A stretch of DNA of 64,000 bases from an uncultured Clostridia bacterium (GCA_944384425.1 CALWTI010000001.1:9-64008); one strand, 5' to 3'. Positions 57,201 to 62,492 are shown, counted from the stretch's first letter. Notes: generated by a model not told the origin, from the sequence alone. Program-made: numbers and translations.

Positions 57201-60200
57201 ACAGAAAGATAGTCGCTAGCCGAAATGGTCGCTTGACTAACTGAACTAACAAGAGAAATTGGTCCATATATCTTATTTAAAGTAATTGTCTTTTGTGTGT
57301 AATTTTTAAGTGAGTCCAAATTATTTTGTGACAAGCCATCAAGACTAAGATAAATATTGACATTTACTTGGTCTTGTTCAAAATCTCCAACAACTGTATG
57401 TGTGCCAAGTTTTGAACCAATTATGAAACCGACATTTTCACCACTTTCACTTTGAACAAAGCGAACATCATAGTTGTTTTGTTTAAGAGAAATTTGTCTA
57501 TCAACAAGAACTATTGAAGATTCAAGCGAAGAAGTTAATGTTTCGTTTACACTTGTTCTTACATTGATTGTAGATGAAGAACCTAAATTTTGACCATTGT
57601 ATGTCAAAACTAGTGGTGAACTGTAATAGATTACTGTAACGACAACTTGTCTTGAACCAACTGAGAAGTCATACAAAGAACTTATTGTCAATGTTGTCGT
57701 TCCAACATTTTTAACTATAAGACTATTTGATGTTGTTGAAATTACTGTTGTATCAGAAGATGTAACAACAAGTCCGCCAAGTGAATATGTGCCAAAAATC
57801 TCACCATATGATATGGTGTTAATAGCGGTTAAGAGTTGTTGCTCCCTATTTGTTAGATTTATACCACTCGCACTATACAAAAACATTAGTGCTTCGCCAC
57901 CATTTTCTGCAAGTGAAAGTCTTGAATTGGTTATTGTTAGGCTTTTTAACTGTTCACTAGTTATTGACGAAGGTGGCACTAGTGCATACAAATATGGGAA
58001 GCCATGGTTTACACTTTTATTTGTGTCTCTCCAAATAGCGACAGATGAGCTCATATCCACACTTGGATAATTTTGCTGTTCAGTACTTGAATAACTGCCC
58101 GCAATTGTTTTTCTTAATGCGTTTGTCATGTAGTATGTGAACACATATTCGGTATCGGTGGTTTTTGCTGTTGTGTAACTATCTTTAATAATTGAAGTCA
58201 AGTCTTCTTTTGTCACATCTACAAGTTTAGCATAAAAATCACCAACATTCCCAATTTCTGCAAAACAATTGACTATCTTTGCATCGGTTGACGATATTAT
58301 GCCAACAATTGCTCCGACATTTTGCGATGCTAAAATTTCTTTCTTACTGAAATTATATGCATAGCTGTATTCAATTCTTCCCTGTCCTTTAAGTTCTCCA
58401 ACTATTGCACCAACAACGCTACCTCTTAAAGTTGTTGTTGTGTCACCTTCAAAATTGTAGAAAAGAACTTTGCTATGACTTATTTCTCCGTTGTTGATTG
58501 CAACAATGCCACCAACAATTGCATCTTCTTTTGTTGAAGTGATATTTCCAGCAAAAGTTACATTTTCAATTGTGCCATAGTTTTCTTGTGCAATACCTCC
58601 TGCGTTATCTGTTGCACTAACGCTAGAAGGTAGAATTTCATCACCTTTTATGTCGACATTAACTGTCACATTTTTGATCGTGCCTTGATTTATGTCAACA
58701 AGCATTGACGATGCAGTGACATTGCCAACAATATTTATGTCTGATATGGTTGCGTTTGGTAACAAAGCACCAAAAAGGTTGCTTCCGCTTAATGAAATTG
58801 TAACAACGTCTTGCGAACCTTCCAAAACACTTCCATAAAGTCCACCACTAAATGATGCAAACAATTGATTTGTTGAAGAATATGATGTGTTGTTTAATAG
58901 TATATAATGTAATTCTTGATGTTTAACTTCACTTAAATCTGATATTCTAAGTGCTGTTTCGCGTGTTCTTCCATCTGCGACCAAGATGTCAACTTCTGCA
59001 TACACATATTCATCGCGATAATATTCATGACCGTTTTCGTCAACGAACACACTGTCCTTTGGAATTACTCTTATAGTACCACTTCCGCCAAGCATACCCG
59101 ATGTGGTAATTAAACCATCGTCACTAATTGTGATTATTGTGCTAAGTGTTCCACTGTCTGGAATAAATCTGTAAACTACGCCTTGATTTAAAGCATTGTT
59201 TGGCGAAACACTGACTGCAAGTTTAAAAGAAGTTAAACTTATGTCACTAGTAAGATTTGGGGCTTCCAAGTATATCCCATCACTTCCGACATTTCCGATG
59301 ACCACTTTTTCAACAAGTTGAGGCTTTTTCATAGTCACTGCCACTGTGATAGAATATTTATTTCTTTCAAGATTAAGGTCACGAGAAACAAAGTCAATAG
59401 TTGCCGATTCAAACTCTGACTCACCAATTCCGTCTGTGCCGTCATCATTACGAGTTAGTGCACTTACAAGGAATTGATAACTATTCAATCTTTCTACTTC
59501 AAAATTTACCACGCCGTTTATAAAGTACTGATAAAGCCCGTCCACCATACCATCGACTTCAATGAGGTCGTATGTTGGCAAAGCCGTTCCACGATTGACA
59601 GTGAGTGTAATTATTTGTTGACTAAGTGCTTGATTTTCTTGACCTAGCTCGTCTGCTGGATACAAACTAACTTCTTTTGCATCAATTTCTATTGAGACAA
59701 TAGGATTATATATTTCAACTAACAAATATTTGCTTATTTGAACATCTGTGTAAAAATACTCGCCATTTTGTTCGATAATTTGTTTCCCGCTAAAAGTTGC
59801 TCTTATCCAAACTTTCCCAACATTTATTGGAGATATGTGATTGAGTGCTCTTAAATAATTTGCACTTATCACCTTTGAAGTATTTGCAGTAAATGCCTCA
59901 TCGCCTGGCTGATTTTTGCCAAAATTGACATATGCACCATTTTCGTCATAAACATTGTCGACCTCGCTGTCATAAACATAATCGACAAAATTAAATGATA
60001 CACTTTCTATTTCTGCATCACCTGTAAAGGTCAAAGGCAAAGTTTGACCATATTTGAGTGCAACATATGAAAGGCTTTCACCATCATACCTTAAATCACC
60101 AATAGCAGATGAAATGGCAAAATTTGAGTCTATGCCGATGCTGACATCACTCAAATTTTTGATAACACTTACATTTGCCCTGATGATTTGTCCTGAAATA

Positions 60201-61885
60201 AAGCTGATTACAAGTTCGCCACTACCCTCACTTTGAGCAAGTAGTTCAATGCTATATATATTTGCACCATTAAGTGTTTGATTTGTGTTTGTTATTTGTC
60301 CAATTTCAAAAGCATCTGATGTTGAATAAATTTCAACGCTTTTTAAAGTCGTCAAATCTATTGATGCAGGAGCAACAGCGACTTTGACATTTAAAACAGA
60401 ATGCTCGGCCGTGTCAAGATAATATTGTCTTGATGATTCAACACCGTCGCCAGTACTATTCACAAAGCCCAACGATGTCACGCCTTCTTTAAGTGACATT
60501 GTCAAAGTTTTTTGAACATTTACATTTTCTTTTTCGCTTTTCACAATCACAGTGACCGTGTCGCCAATATCAAATCCAGCTCTTGCCATAAAGTAAAATG
60601 TGTCGCCACTGTTGAAAAGATATTTGTTGTCAGTAAATTCAACAACATTTCCTCTTCCATCTCTGACAATTAAGTAATTGCGATCAACTGCACTGATGTT
60701 GAGTGAGAGCTGTGAACTTGTTGCAGTTGAAGGAATCGCAGAAAAGGTAAGTGCATAGCCTTGAACTGAGCCAGAAACATAAGTTGTGAAAATATCAATG
60801 GAATTTTCTGTGTCAATAATTATTCCGTCACTTGTCACGCTTATATCACGAATTTCATCAACAACACTTATTGTCACAACCCCGTTTTGTGCGTTAGAAG
60901 TAGAATACTTAAATTCAGGATAGTTTGTGTAGCTCAAAACAAACCAAACACGGTCAGTCCCGACTGATGAATTTTCTGACAAAACAGTAAAGTCAAAGGC
61001 ATATTCATAGTATGCCCCACCATCAACAGGATAGCTTGTTGAGTTGTCAAGGAAAATACCTTTGTCGTTATATGCAAATACAGGTGTCACATCAAGTTTT
61101 TCTCTTGTTACAGAGTATGGAACTCGTACATAAATTGTTGCTATTGTTGATGTGGTGCTTGTCCTTGATATTTCGACATTACTTAGGTTTGCGCCAGCTC
61201 CGTCAACTATGAGAACATTTGAAACATCAATTGCTTTCACAACTGTGACGCTGAAAGTTTCCCTAACATTGTCTCTATTGGCAGGCACAACTTCAACTGC
61301 GATTTCTTGAGGTAAATTGCTAAGCCTTGGCTCAATTGTCAAAGTGTTGTTTTCTATTGACACACCTTGAATTTCGCTAACAAGATGATAAGTTAACTGA
61401 GTTTGGTTTGTCCCCTCGGGAGAAATAGTGAACATATCGTTTGTAAAGGTCAAACTTCCCCCGTCTTGAAAACTGTATGATAATGGGTATGTATTTTGAT
61501 TTGGAGTTATTGCTGTGACGGGCTGAATTGCCGTAACAGTGAAAGATGTTGATTTTTTTGCACCGATTACTGAAACATCAATATTTTGACATTGCCTTAA
61601 TGCTTTAACTGTGATTTCGCTAATGCCGTCACTTGATGGCTCTTTGACACTAACTTGAATACTTTTAGAGTCGCACTCTACTGATACTTTTTTGTCAACA
61701 GCATTTTCGACCGTCGCATATAAAGTTGCAGTATTGTCATTTTCTCCAAGAATAATTTCAACATGCGATGTGCTGAGAGAAATTGTCATGTTATCATTAT
61801 TCTCCCCACAGGCATACAAAACGCCACCTGCACACCCCACAATGAGCATTAACAGAGAAACAAGTAATGTCTTAACCTTTTTCAT
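42260..61885 (-). CDS. Giant protein C: 6,541-aa lipoprotein-type surface protein with Big_2-like Ig domains and about seven GLUG-like beta-helix blocks
   Basis: 19.6-kb stop-free frame. The ATG at 61885 follows GAGGAG with 6-nt spacing; the track start at 61912 is a TTG containing that RBS. Signal peptide MKKVKTLLVSLLMLIVGCAGGVLYAC. Dozens of G-G-[ILV]-[VIA]-G / AGFV..N.G.I..S motifs. No LPXTG at the C-terminus. Confidence 0.92.
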   Translation of the reverse strand: MKKVKTLLVSLLMLIVGCAGGVLYACGENNDNMTISLSTSHVEIILGENDNTATLYATVENAVDKKVSVECDSKSIQVSVKEPSSDGISEITVKALRQCQNIDVSVIGAKKSTSFTVTAIQPVTAITPNQNTYPLSYSFQDGGSLTFTNDMFTISPEGTNQTQLTYHLVSEIQGVSIENNTLTIEPRLSNLPQEIAVEVVPANRDNVRETFSVTVVKAIDVSNVLIVDGAGANLSNVEISRTSTTSTIATIYVRVPYSVTREKLDVTPVFAYNDKGIFLDNSTSYPVDGGAYYEYAFDFTVLSENSSVGTDRVWFVLSYTNYPEFKYSTSNAQNGVVTISVVDEIRDISVTSDGIIIDTENSIDIFTTYVSGSVQGYALTFSAIPSTATSSQLSLNISAVDRNYLIVRDGRGNVVEFTDNKYLFNSGDTFYFMARAGFDIGDTVTVIVKSEKENVNVQKTLTMSLKEGVTSLGFVNSTGDGVESSRQYYLDTAEHSVLNVKVAVAPASIDLTTLKSVEIYSTSDAFEIGQITNTNQTLNGANIYSIELLAQSEGSGELVISFISGQIIRANVSVIKNLSDVSIGIDSNFAISSAIGDLRYDGESLSYVALKYGQTLPLTFTGDAEIESVSFNFVDYVYDSEVDNVYDENGAYVNFGKNQPGDEAFTANTSKVISANYLRALNHISPINVGKVWIRATFSGKQIIEQNGEYFYTDVQISKYLLVEIYNPIVSIEIDAKEVSLYPADELGQENQALSQQIITLTVNRGTALPTYDLIEVDGMVDGLYQYFINGVVNFEVERLNSYQFLVSALTRNDDGTDGIGESEFESATIDFVSRDLNLERNKYSITVAVTMKKPQLVEKVVIGNVGSDGIYLEAPNLTSDISLTSFKLAVSVSPNNALNQGVVYRFIPDSGTLSTIITISDDGLITTSGMLGGSGTIRVIPKDSVFVDENGHEYYRDEYVYAEVDILVADGRTRETALRISDLSEVKHQELHYILLNNTSYSSTNQLFASFSGGLYGSVLEGSQDVVTISLSGSNLFGALLPNATISDINIVGNVTASSMLVDINQGTIKNVTVNVDIKGDEILPSSVSATDNAGGIAQENYGTIENVTFAGNITSTKEDAIVGGIVAINNGEISHSKVLFYNFEGDTTTTLRGSVVGAIVGELKGQGRIEYSYAYNFSKKEILASQNVGAIVGIISSTDAKIVNCFAEIGNVGDFYAKLVDVTKEDLTSIIKDSYTTAKTTDTEYVFTYYMTNALRKTIAGSYSSTEQQNYPSVDMSSSVAIWRDTNKSVNHGFPYLYALVPPSSITSEQLKSLTITNSRLSLAENGGEALMFLYSASGINLTNREQQLLTAINTISYGEIFGTYSLGGLVVTSSDTTVISTTSNSLIVKNVGTTTLTISSLYDFSVGSRQVVVTVIYYSSPLVLTYNGQNLGSSSTINVRTSVNETLTSSLESSIVLVDRQISLKQNNYDVRFVQSESGENVGFIIGSKLGTHTVVGDFEQDQVNVNIYLSLDGLSQNNLDSLKNYTQKTITLNKIYGPISLVSSVSQATISASDYLSVNVEITSDTKYLETINSELVIEILNGDGEELTTDDILYDINLIGEIKNNATTIRTYQVSIRLNTSLSTFDNNYTVVFKADGPSEYYDITATLDLTVLEQEVLRVDVNHYAYRGSGAISGVSLFDYYPNNVLSPNSIGLLDIMLYPSYSKYTHITVTSEPQNGYELSFLNMKKNGQGYSVNLASTFEYITNGIQIYKVDAESEVARYFVRVKVPEGVAVDTVYTIYVNVYNNDEVVYSLPYSLIIVPQEKAGITVNGESSIYAIRGETITADIIWDMTQNIESITAFALRSSTDPNADSSVDTIVANDVYLPSNISDADREEYGTSYYRASIDITVGEDAGNFRVRVDTSRTINGVKETVYSYLIVYVIDFELDFENTHIANEDGSDVAIGDQYFYHTLEFNFGGRYVEGGASEEAYNTFVAQNYYANDDYIVNIGGAQHSSLLYNLYYVNGKTYTPVMNSAGNISSPSGTIVNFIEDVNGDVRFIGTQNGTQNMMLQMRVQMPDLTIYTYTYFFSIVISDPTSEDSPAQISSAEDFTKALNAENEDDYILTQDIYLYEYTPASDTSKIRSLDGNGYQIVIMSFNYDNTQSQINLALFNTVSANTTLKNLRVNVFHLNTISLNSAYTKTVNIAPIAITNNGIITNCEVVSFRALTNEIAPAVSGLSVEIDSTIGVSAITAGFVVTNNGIITNSRVGGESAVEYIYDIQIVNGQIQNTGAVTPKTHVLSPFVISSFGEIAGFVSNNSSSGHIVSSYASNMRIINNSNIDYTTVTAGFAIENAGLISASYAKGVKEDDADVHATLYGIETSGISAGFVYENSGEINNSYSNITLTNQNNNPGRNSAGFVYRNTNTGVIETSLSLSRIVGSTTTQMNFAGVDDYGNYQNLGEITNSYYYDEVSLSDSSILIESAYGEGAKYISNVKNESYLYGFSFAHLSNLDFDDGIWMMTSAGPELVSANQIAVSLRYVKNISTSAKPMFTYVDEFRYGSKNNPILIRSAEEFASVFSGTNNTSASRYVNTTTGEIFGSYRLIKDIDLSELVTDSNNTYTLASSSMTLTGKYKDEGNQGSIGKFDGNGLTISGLALSDPEGNAINFGMFASVTDGAIVQNVNLVLGSTNASGDVFGVEASGVEYVGALSGTVENSTITNVSLTSAFPDTNSVTVRGRNVVGGLVGRVIGDSYIFNLSVESVSVTASMNPTNYVSNSYISYNTYNRTSDILNAYISYAGGVVGIIDAYGEGSINVTTYAESEVSSDGNAVMLKTLGTSIISGGTVGGVTGYVGPLTVLQDALYELSYVDSTDYTKQGIYSYNGFAGGIVGYNAGYIRQVRSEHEKTWQIGDDDPNDAGDDSIEANIKNYYQGDYSVDRGNTTLFMTQGYTPIAIGGLVGLQVSGKIEKSYSKLNVINTNTQNSLSGGVYAGGIVGLSEMSSNPDTYVETNIVEVYASGDVQSRYASGIVGLARASMSLDKVNAINYWGNWLADESEGQANAVIQVDSKVEDVNNIDLTYTYVVSFNKDNIVFKNGDTNIAISDTKYIDDENGGSELPSFASTITGFGDDGANYSVFFTGNKWDINSWDRDENELFPHILFGYASNIQYIRTQSDIERLRTAGEDDVFVIDPDLNDVNNVITSSAHYIGITEPIEPITSFSGTLRGLDNRYEYGFVFRGVTQTKSIFLNTANATFSNFTISFEEGASFESANISQNAILVTNASNTTFTDLSFVNVNAKISTLTSRFGLVTSMARGITTFRNISITSSQITYEASAGASNTLQSSLYVGLVFGDSQFTSGGGVSSINIQNCAIIFNDIKNSDVNSFSVGLVGGRFASNSQSTISINGSQDSESEFGISDSTIQFKSQSKDSTVYGLNMGMLFGSADNAVISSMGLKVDLSAESGVKFVNSYIGGIIGYSQNVTLDKIDIDVLIDISSQNSNIGGILGYGKTTSLSEDAKIVVNNSTKDDDVFGINVTSLSLLREDYGNSVGSLFGSLENASLNNGNKHSMQSLIDVTLSGSGRYAYIGGIVGKMDGSLYGAESYGDIILRATNGTNSYSVYAGGIAGNVDGESTLGSCFSFGDFKHIVEENNNQEIVNSSDYSKVSLVLSGIAGVVNGQNVILEQNISAGNFYPSYEESGDKSTPNTKSISKVLNNLTYGGIIGVVSSEGTTAYIENNTSIATLFNRYDRALVNDSYIANALVGSGKVSNAADTSTNYYAHVATLCTDSLGTNVAYGNILDNLNGGIKSVIGFDENNEENNEYIQILYRGETGGTKLNPSNSFNRPSINNNETWYTRLSDDTTGGVNKIGDLVNTVVIGDGAYLTFSNNNIPKDAKSISSISPISSIDKNSSVSGVVVVANFVIDSKNSSGVNSSNEIPVAGLTYSNNGIIYSCNVSRSNEINSSLDTTISTIESTSTNPQKLVGIIDAGKAPIAGLVGINTGLIKDSFVSLNITTTYAGSNDNTYVGHPDNESQKQDVAAAGLVGTNDGVIVNSYSSGNIDAENAVKSEGSNLYVYLVSAGTVYDSYTNMRVVFGVDKEISGSNMKNNYSIYAYDSESETVINCYYDSVAAEFYIQGAGTGSLTNALSVNYTGTMPTTKIGTFSYDKEYAYGYGSFSGGAYQDIDYMHHETGKGTLDNPFQIPNLGKLGQLDTLPKSSDTPSETSPATQTYFNLINDINGSYVSQSTLKWSSLEDIQNIVLDGYDTLEGYTHSISNLNVTGGGIFNVTTNCIFKNLVIDNLSPTIQNKNYIVGLIANIAKSSVITNIKVTGVNPEIYQFVQSENGETYYYGNIVGQLGEGSKLSECSATSPDITNDNDSVALNIVDFNKFVYGGIVGHVTNGATVTNCDVGKELIISFRNKPTVDETIVVGGVVGLLEDGTVSNAYLSNSMYVLSDIVYANDSFNTQHCDKNITLYVGGIVGYVGSLNGEEVSTTKSDIINSALLSKAEIYAGNPYNISTCYVGGISGFGGRIEDCYNNASNIVANAKYNYDSLSDSYENDDDITDWESENAIKSYNVYTSSIDDNLFNHYDKLVYTKVSQHAYAAGIANNYNYINRVSNNCENVYGGIEARKVLAYYDVDSEPLAYMSYALLGALYAWLTSMFHYNFYPYVAVLVASIFVNVDVDAYYAEGSGFDAQLMSDYYPDIHRGVMDMWENFDLLSIIKSFVIAPGTFIFKSETVEGLDFTLGNPKLNPQNKSIIKEYISKLRDGEQWMGLGVYNNYIYNTHENFDGNNREDLYVYNVYFHPIGKEAENDGDTGSNVAWKKDVFYQPNDTNDVTDSFGSRNLYSLNDISMKDSDYKYLFKTPQSVIDSISTVGTGNQPNAWSSDVAWDGGWEYIDGNIVINNSPEYASTSYEQLFNNNTSASGSEEDAEATIEVKSLEDYRGTVKFVNNILKYTSSEAIASSDFDTLNDSEKFASLVYAIKETGQITIALDFVGNSISFGSSVSGFGVDERHPFSGTITSSNYEQAEITEFLVADTEQSKSIGLVSYGKNVTISDINLSYHTQQESIALLDKSMGGLIGTVVDGGEITITNTDVSLHIRDYDQGQKTSIRKQNIGGFIGKIENGNVIIQNSKVELSTDLTGTGNASQTAQTGIGGLVGYANETSISLDGIVSINLFDDGIVSTSANTTVGGAIGYMENSTILGENAELDITGKIDVENTYSDSVYAGGLVGYFDNSDTKDAIKLSEISIDLDSIEATAGISGTSTYAGGVIGYSNQNTYLPISTQTTLNIGSTAHKLIITSGVNGTEYSEYAYADNFIGNRGSGYEWLGTSNVQTSVLAMAKPSYAVDENSQMLKPSDDLLINSAQVVGKIAKNSTGEVSYAKIDMYEYQTQVDTKMSNAYVNGEQYTVYNYKKDIYIVISNGNVYKDAYYDDDVHNIEESIYKFEIKGYRFDNSRISDIVTDASIQFVCAYEYNITSDIYQKAIKDGAEIPMSLRGDNFVLKSGDFKFLIEKVSTSQISADGNSYIDTKKEYVKADNEDRAESISEKYSLLDDKTLLLNLEIQSINFDTSSMEVESNSIIYESIDIINKSLVLTYRTLSSKNNAAPSYSDPKSIEIYKQKNGGIYEDLQSSGKNKVSLNFTNEDGSETDIEGIVSTTNSELYIKLPDGKENYIENARIDSSSYDYVRDDSQDVSVTVGNLISIDDFKQYKPLFISIYNGRTENNNNQTVYLYQEHIMLIDNSGNSLSAYYLGSISYSADQLIEFKDAMARNFMFFPTQDANIMSYENNLLSLDKIKNVNDIDLRDVISFEIKTTKTDTSYYIDAASPDNLSKIMEHTVTQNSTYKVYFDSIDIKSIRDISINFTFTANVGEKTIVDQEVRTANIIVNENSTWRSYTIKNTPVYSYQDLETPLNAVVLTMSKVEGATSDGGATTQIFVFNYTDGVLTDFVSYTDGFVFNNNRYIIQEGALGNEGDFSNSDTEDGNDFGVTVEIVDSDTLLTFINTIGDTAQTGYIKLSGTGYMFKYDKATNQLLVTKDNETYIFKYVDGNFVLIGHEVTISMDEGKYTISESYTQSDATITLSFNGLTNSVQLTDGQYVYYTASDSKDSAELIGQNFYYVFKDWLASYTTNGYIEVHTALSEEQAVAIFERQTLSKLETYTASDSSLDVEAQAFVDESNNTLIFVKQDGDWSLFKSGQDVYNDIKSTMTDMALSKNGSGVILLRVDSLLYDISNGYRFNMDDDLTAQSDYSDLLPLSTIYYYLYDNTYIDGELQSHSKVEWTYGNKQISLELDFGINIGDIKLIPFNQNYAVQLSEEQKVYYTLEGYLLEQIEGQILYVGEDVEVSTYKSLGVSVPGGVSVLQNNAKFTTEFGEERIVSEYVYVRHNLANDWYNGDNGLSDIGETTFTGTMSYIDGEGEDATIAEANATVVIKRDIVGDDGSGTFSFVETVTTTLDGVAGMDGNVGSVYSIQEYTWTFDTSTNLIQYFDTNSFSDVAPNYNRYSPYGIYISSDEIKGTDFASAVIVVGQSTFDVVFGNLSCTVEIQA
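61808..61885 (-). other. Lipoprotein signal peptide of giant C (two candidate lipobox cysteines, Cys18 and Cys26)
   Basis: I-V-G-C is a canonical lipobox. The second Cys, in LYAC-GENNDN, aligns with LSAC-GESYDN of giant B. Confidence 0.65.
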
Positions 61886-61916
61886 AGCGAACTCCTCATC
61901 TATTGTTTTCAAATTT

Positions 61917-61943
61917 TGGTTTTATTATTACATAATAAACCAA
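61917..61943 (-). other. Perfect 11-bp stem / 5-nt loop at the 5' end of the predicted giant C leader
   Basis: ttggtttatta-ttaca-taataaaccaa. It begins about 6 nt after the predicted TSS and ends about 17 nt before the RBS. Confidence 0.5.
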
Positions 61944-61955
61944 TTTTATATGCTT

Positions 61956-61984
61956 AGTATAAGAATATTTGAGAATTATGTCAA
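61956..61984 (-). promoter_or_regulatory. Consensus sigma-A promoter of the giant C/B unit
   Basis: Minus strand reads TTGACA-taattctcaaatattct(17)-TATACT. Confidence 0.7.
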
Positions 61985-62148
61985 ATTATTTGATTAAAAA
62001 TTTGGCTGTTTTAACATTTAGTCAAAAAATGAAAATTAAAAAATATTTTAAAAAAAATAAAAATAAAATAAAAATGATTTTTAAAAAAAATCCATATTTT
62101 AACATAGTTAAAATATGAAATTCAAAATAAATTTATAAAAAATATAAT

Positions 62149-62403
62149 TTATTTATTTTTTAACAAATATTTATTTTTTGTTGAAATTCCCCCACGAATA
62201 TGCTTTTCGTTAAAATTTTTATCAAGTATTTTTTGAACTTCATAAAAAAGATTTGCATTTATTTTTTTTAATTTTTTATGTATATCCAAATGCACGGTTG
62301 ATTTTGAATAACCAAAAAAATTCGCAGTTTGGCGTATGGTAGCATTGTTTATAAGTATGTAATTTGCAAAATCTAACACTCTATCTTTATTGTTCACTTG
62401 CAT
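62149..62403 (-). CDS. spoIIID: Stage III sporulation protein D (mother-cell transcription factor)
   Basis: KDRVLDFANYIL..ATIRQTANFFGYSKSTVHLDIHKKL..EVQKILD..KHIRGGISTKNKY is collinear with Bacillus SpoIIID (HTH GVSKSTVHKD, C-terminal RGGEATKLKY). The start may be the GTG at 62397, with AGGAG 6 nt upstream. Confidence 0.85.
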   Translation of the reverse strand: MQVNNKDRVLDFANYILINNATIRQTANFFGYSKSTVHLDIHKKLKKINANLFYEVQKILDKNFNEKHIRGGISTKNKYLLKNK

Positions 62404-62492
62404 CTCCTATAGAAATGTATGCAAGCGAAAAGCGTAATATGTCACAATTTGTCCAATAATGTAAACAACATAGCAAAAATCTTTTTAAGCAC

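Noticed and set aside
61886-61912. Track-predicted 9-codon N-terminal extension of giant C (TTG start, MKTIDEEFA)
   Set aside because: The codons GAT GAG GAG are the Shine-Dalgarno sequence for the ATG at 61885, and the signal peptide starts properly at MKKVKT.
62029-62118. Lys-rich mini-ORFs in the A-tract regions: MKIKKYFKKNKNKIKMIFKKNPYFNIVKI at 62029-62118 and MKIKNNLYKY at 22160-22192
   Set aside because: They have no RBS or promoter, and poly-A DNA translates trivially as Lys/Asn/Ile. They are most likely chance ORFs in regulatory A/T-rich DNA.
62414-62441. Possible sigma-E-type promoter for spoIIID (CATATT, 14 nt, CATACATT)
   Set aside because: The -10-like element ends only about 5 nt before the AGGAG RBS, so the predicted TSS would remove the RBS. 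The spacing to the -35-like element is also uncertain. I cannot support this call without TSS data.
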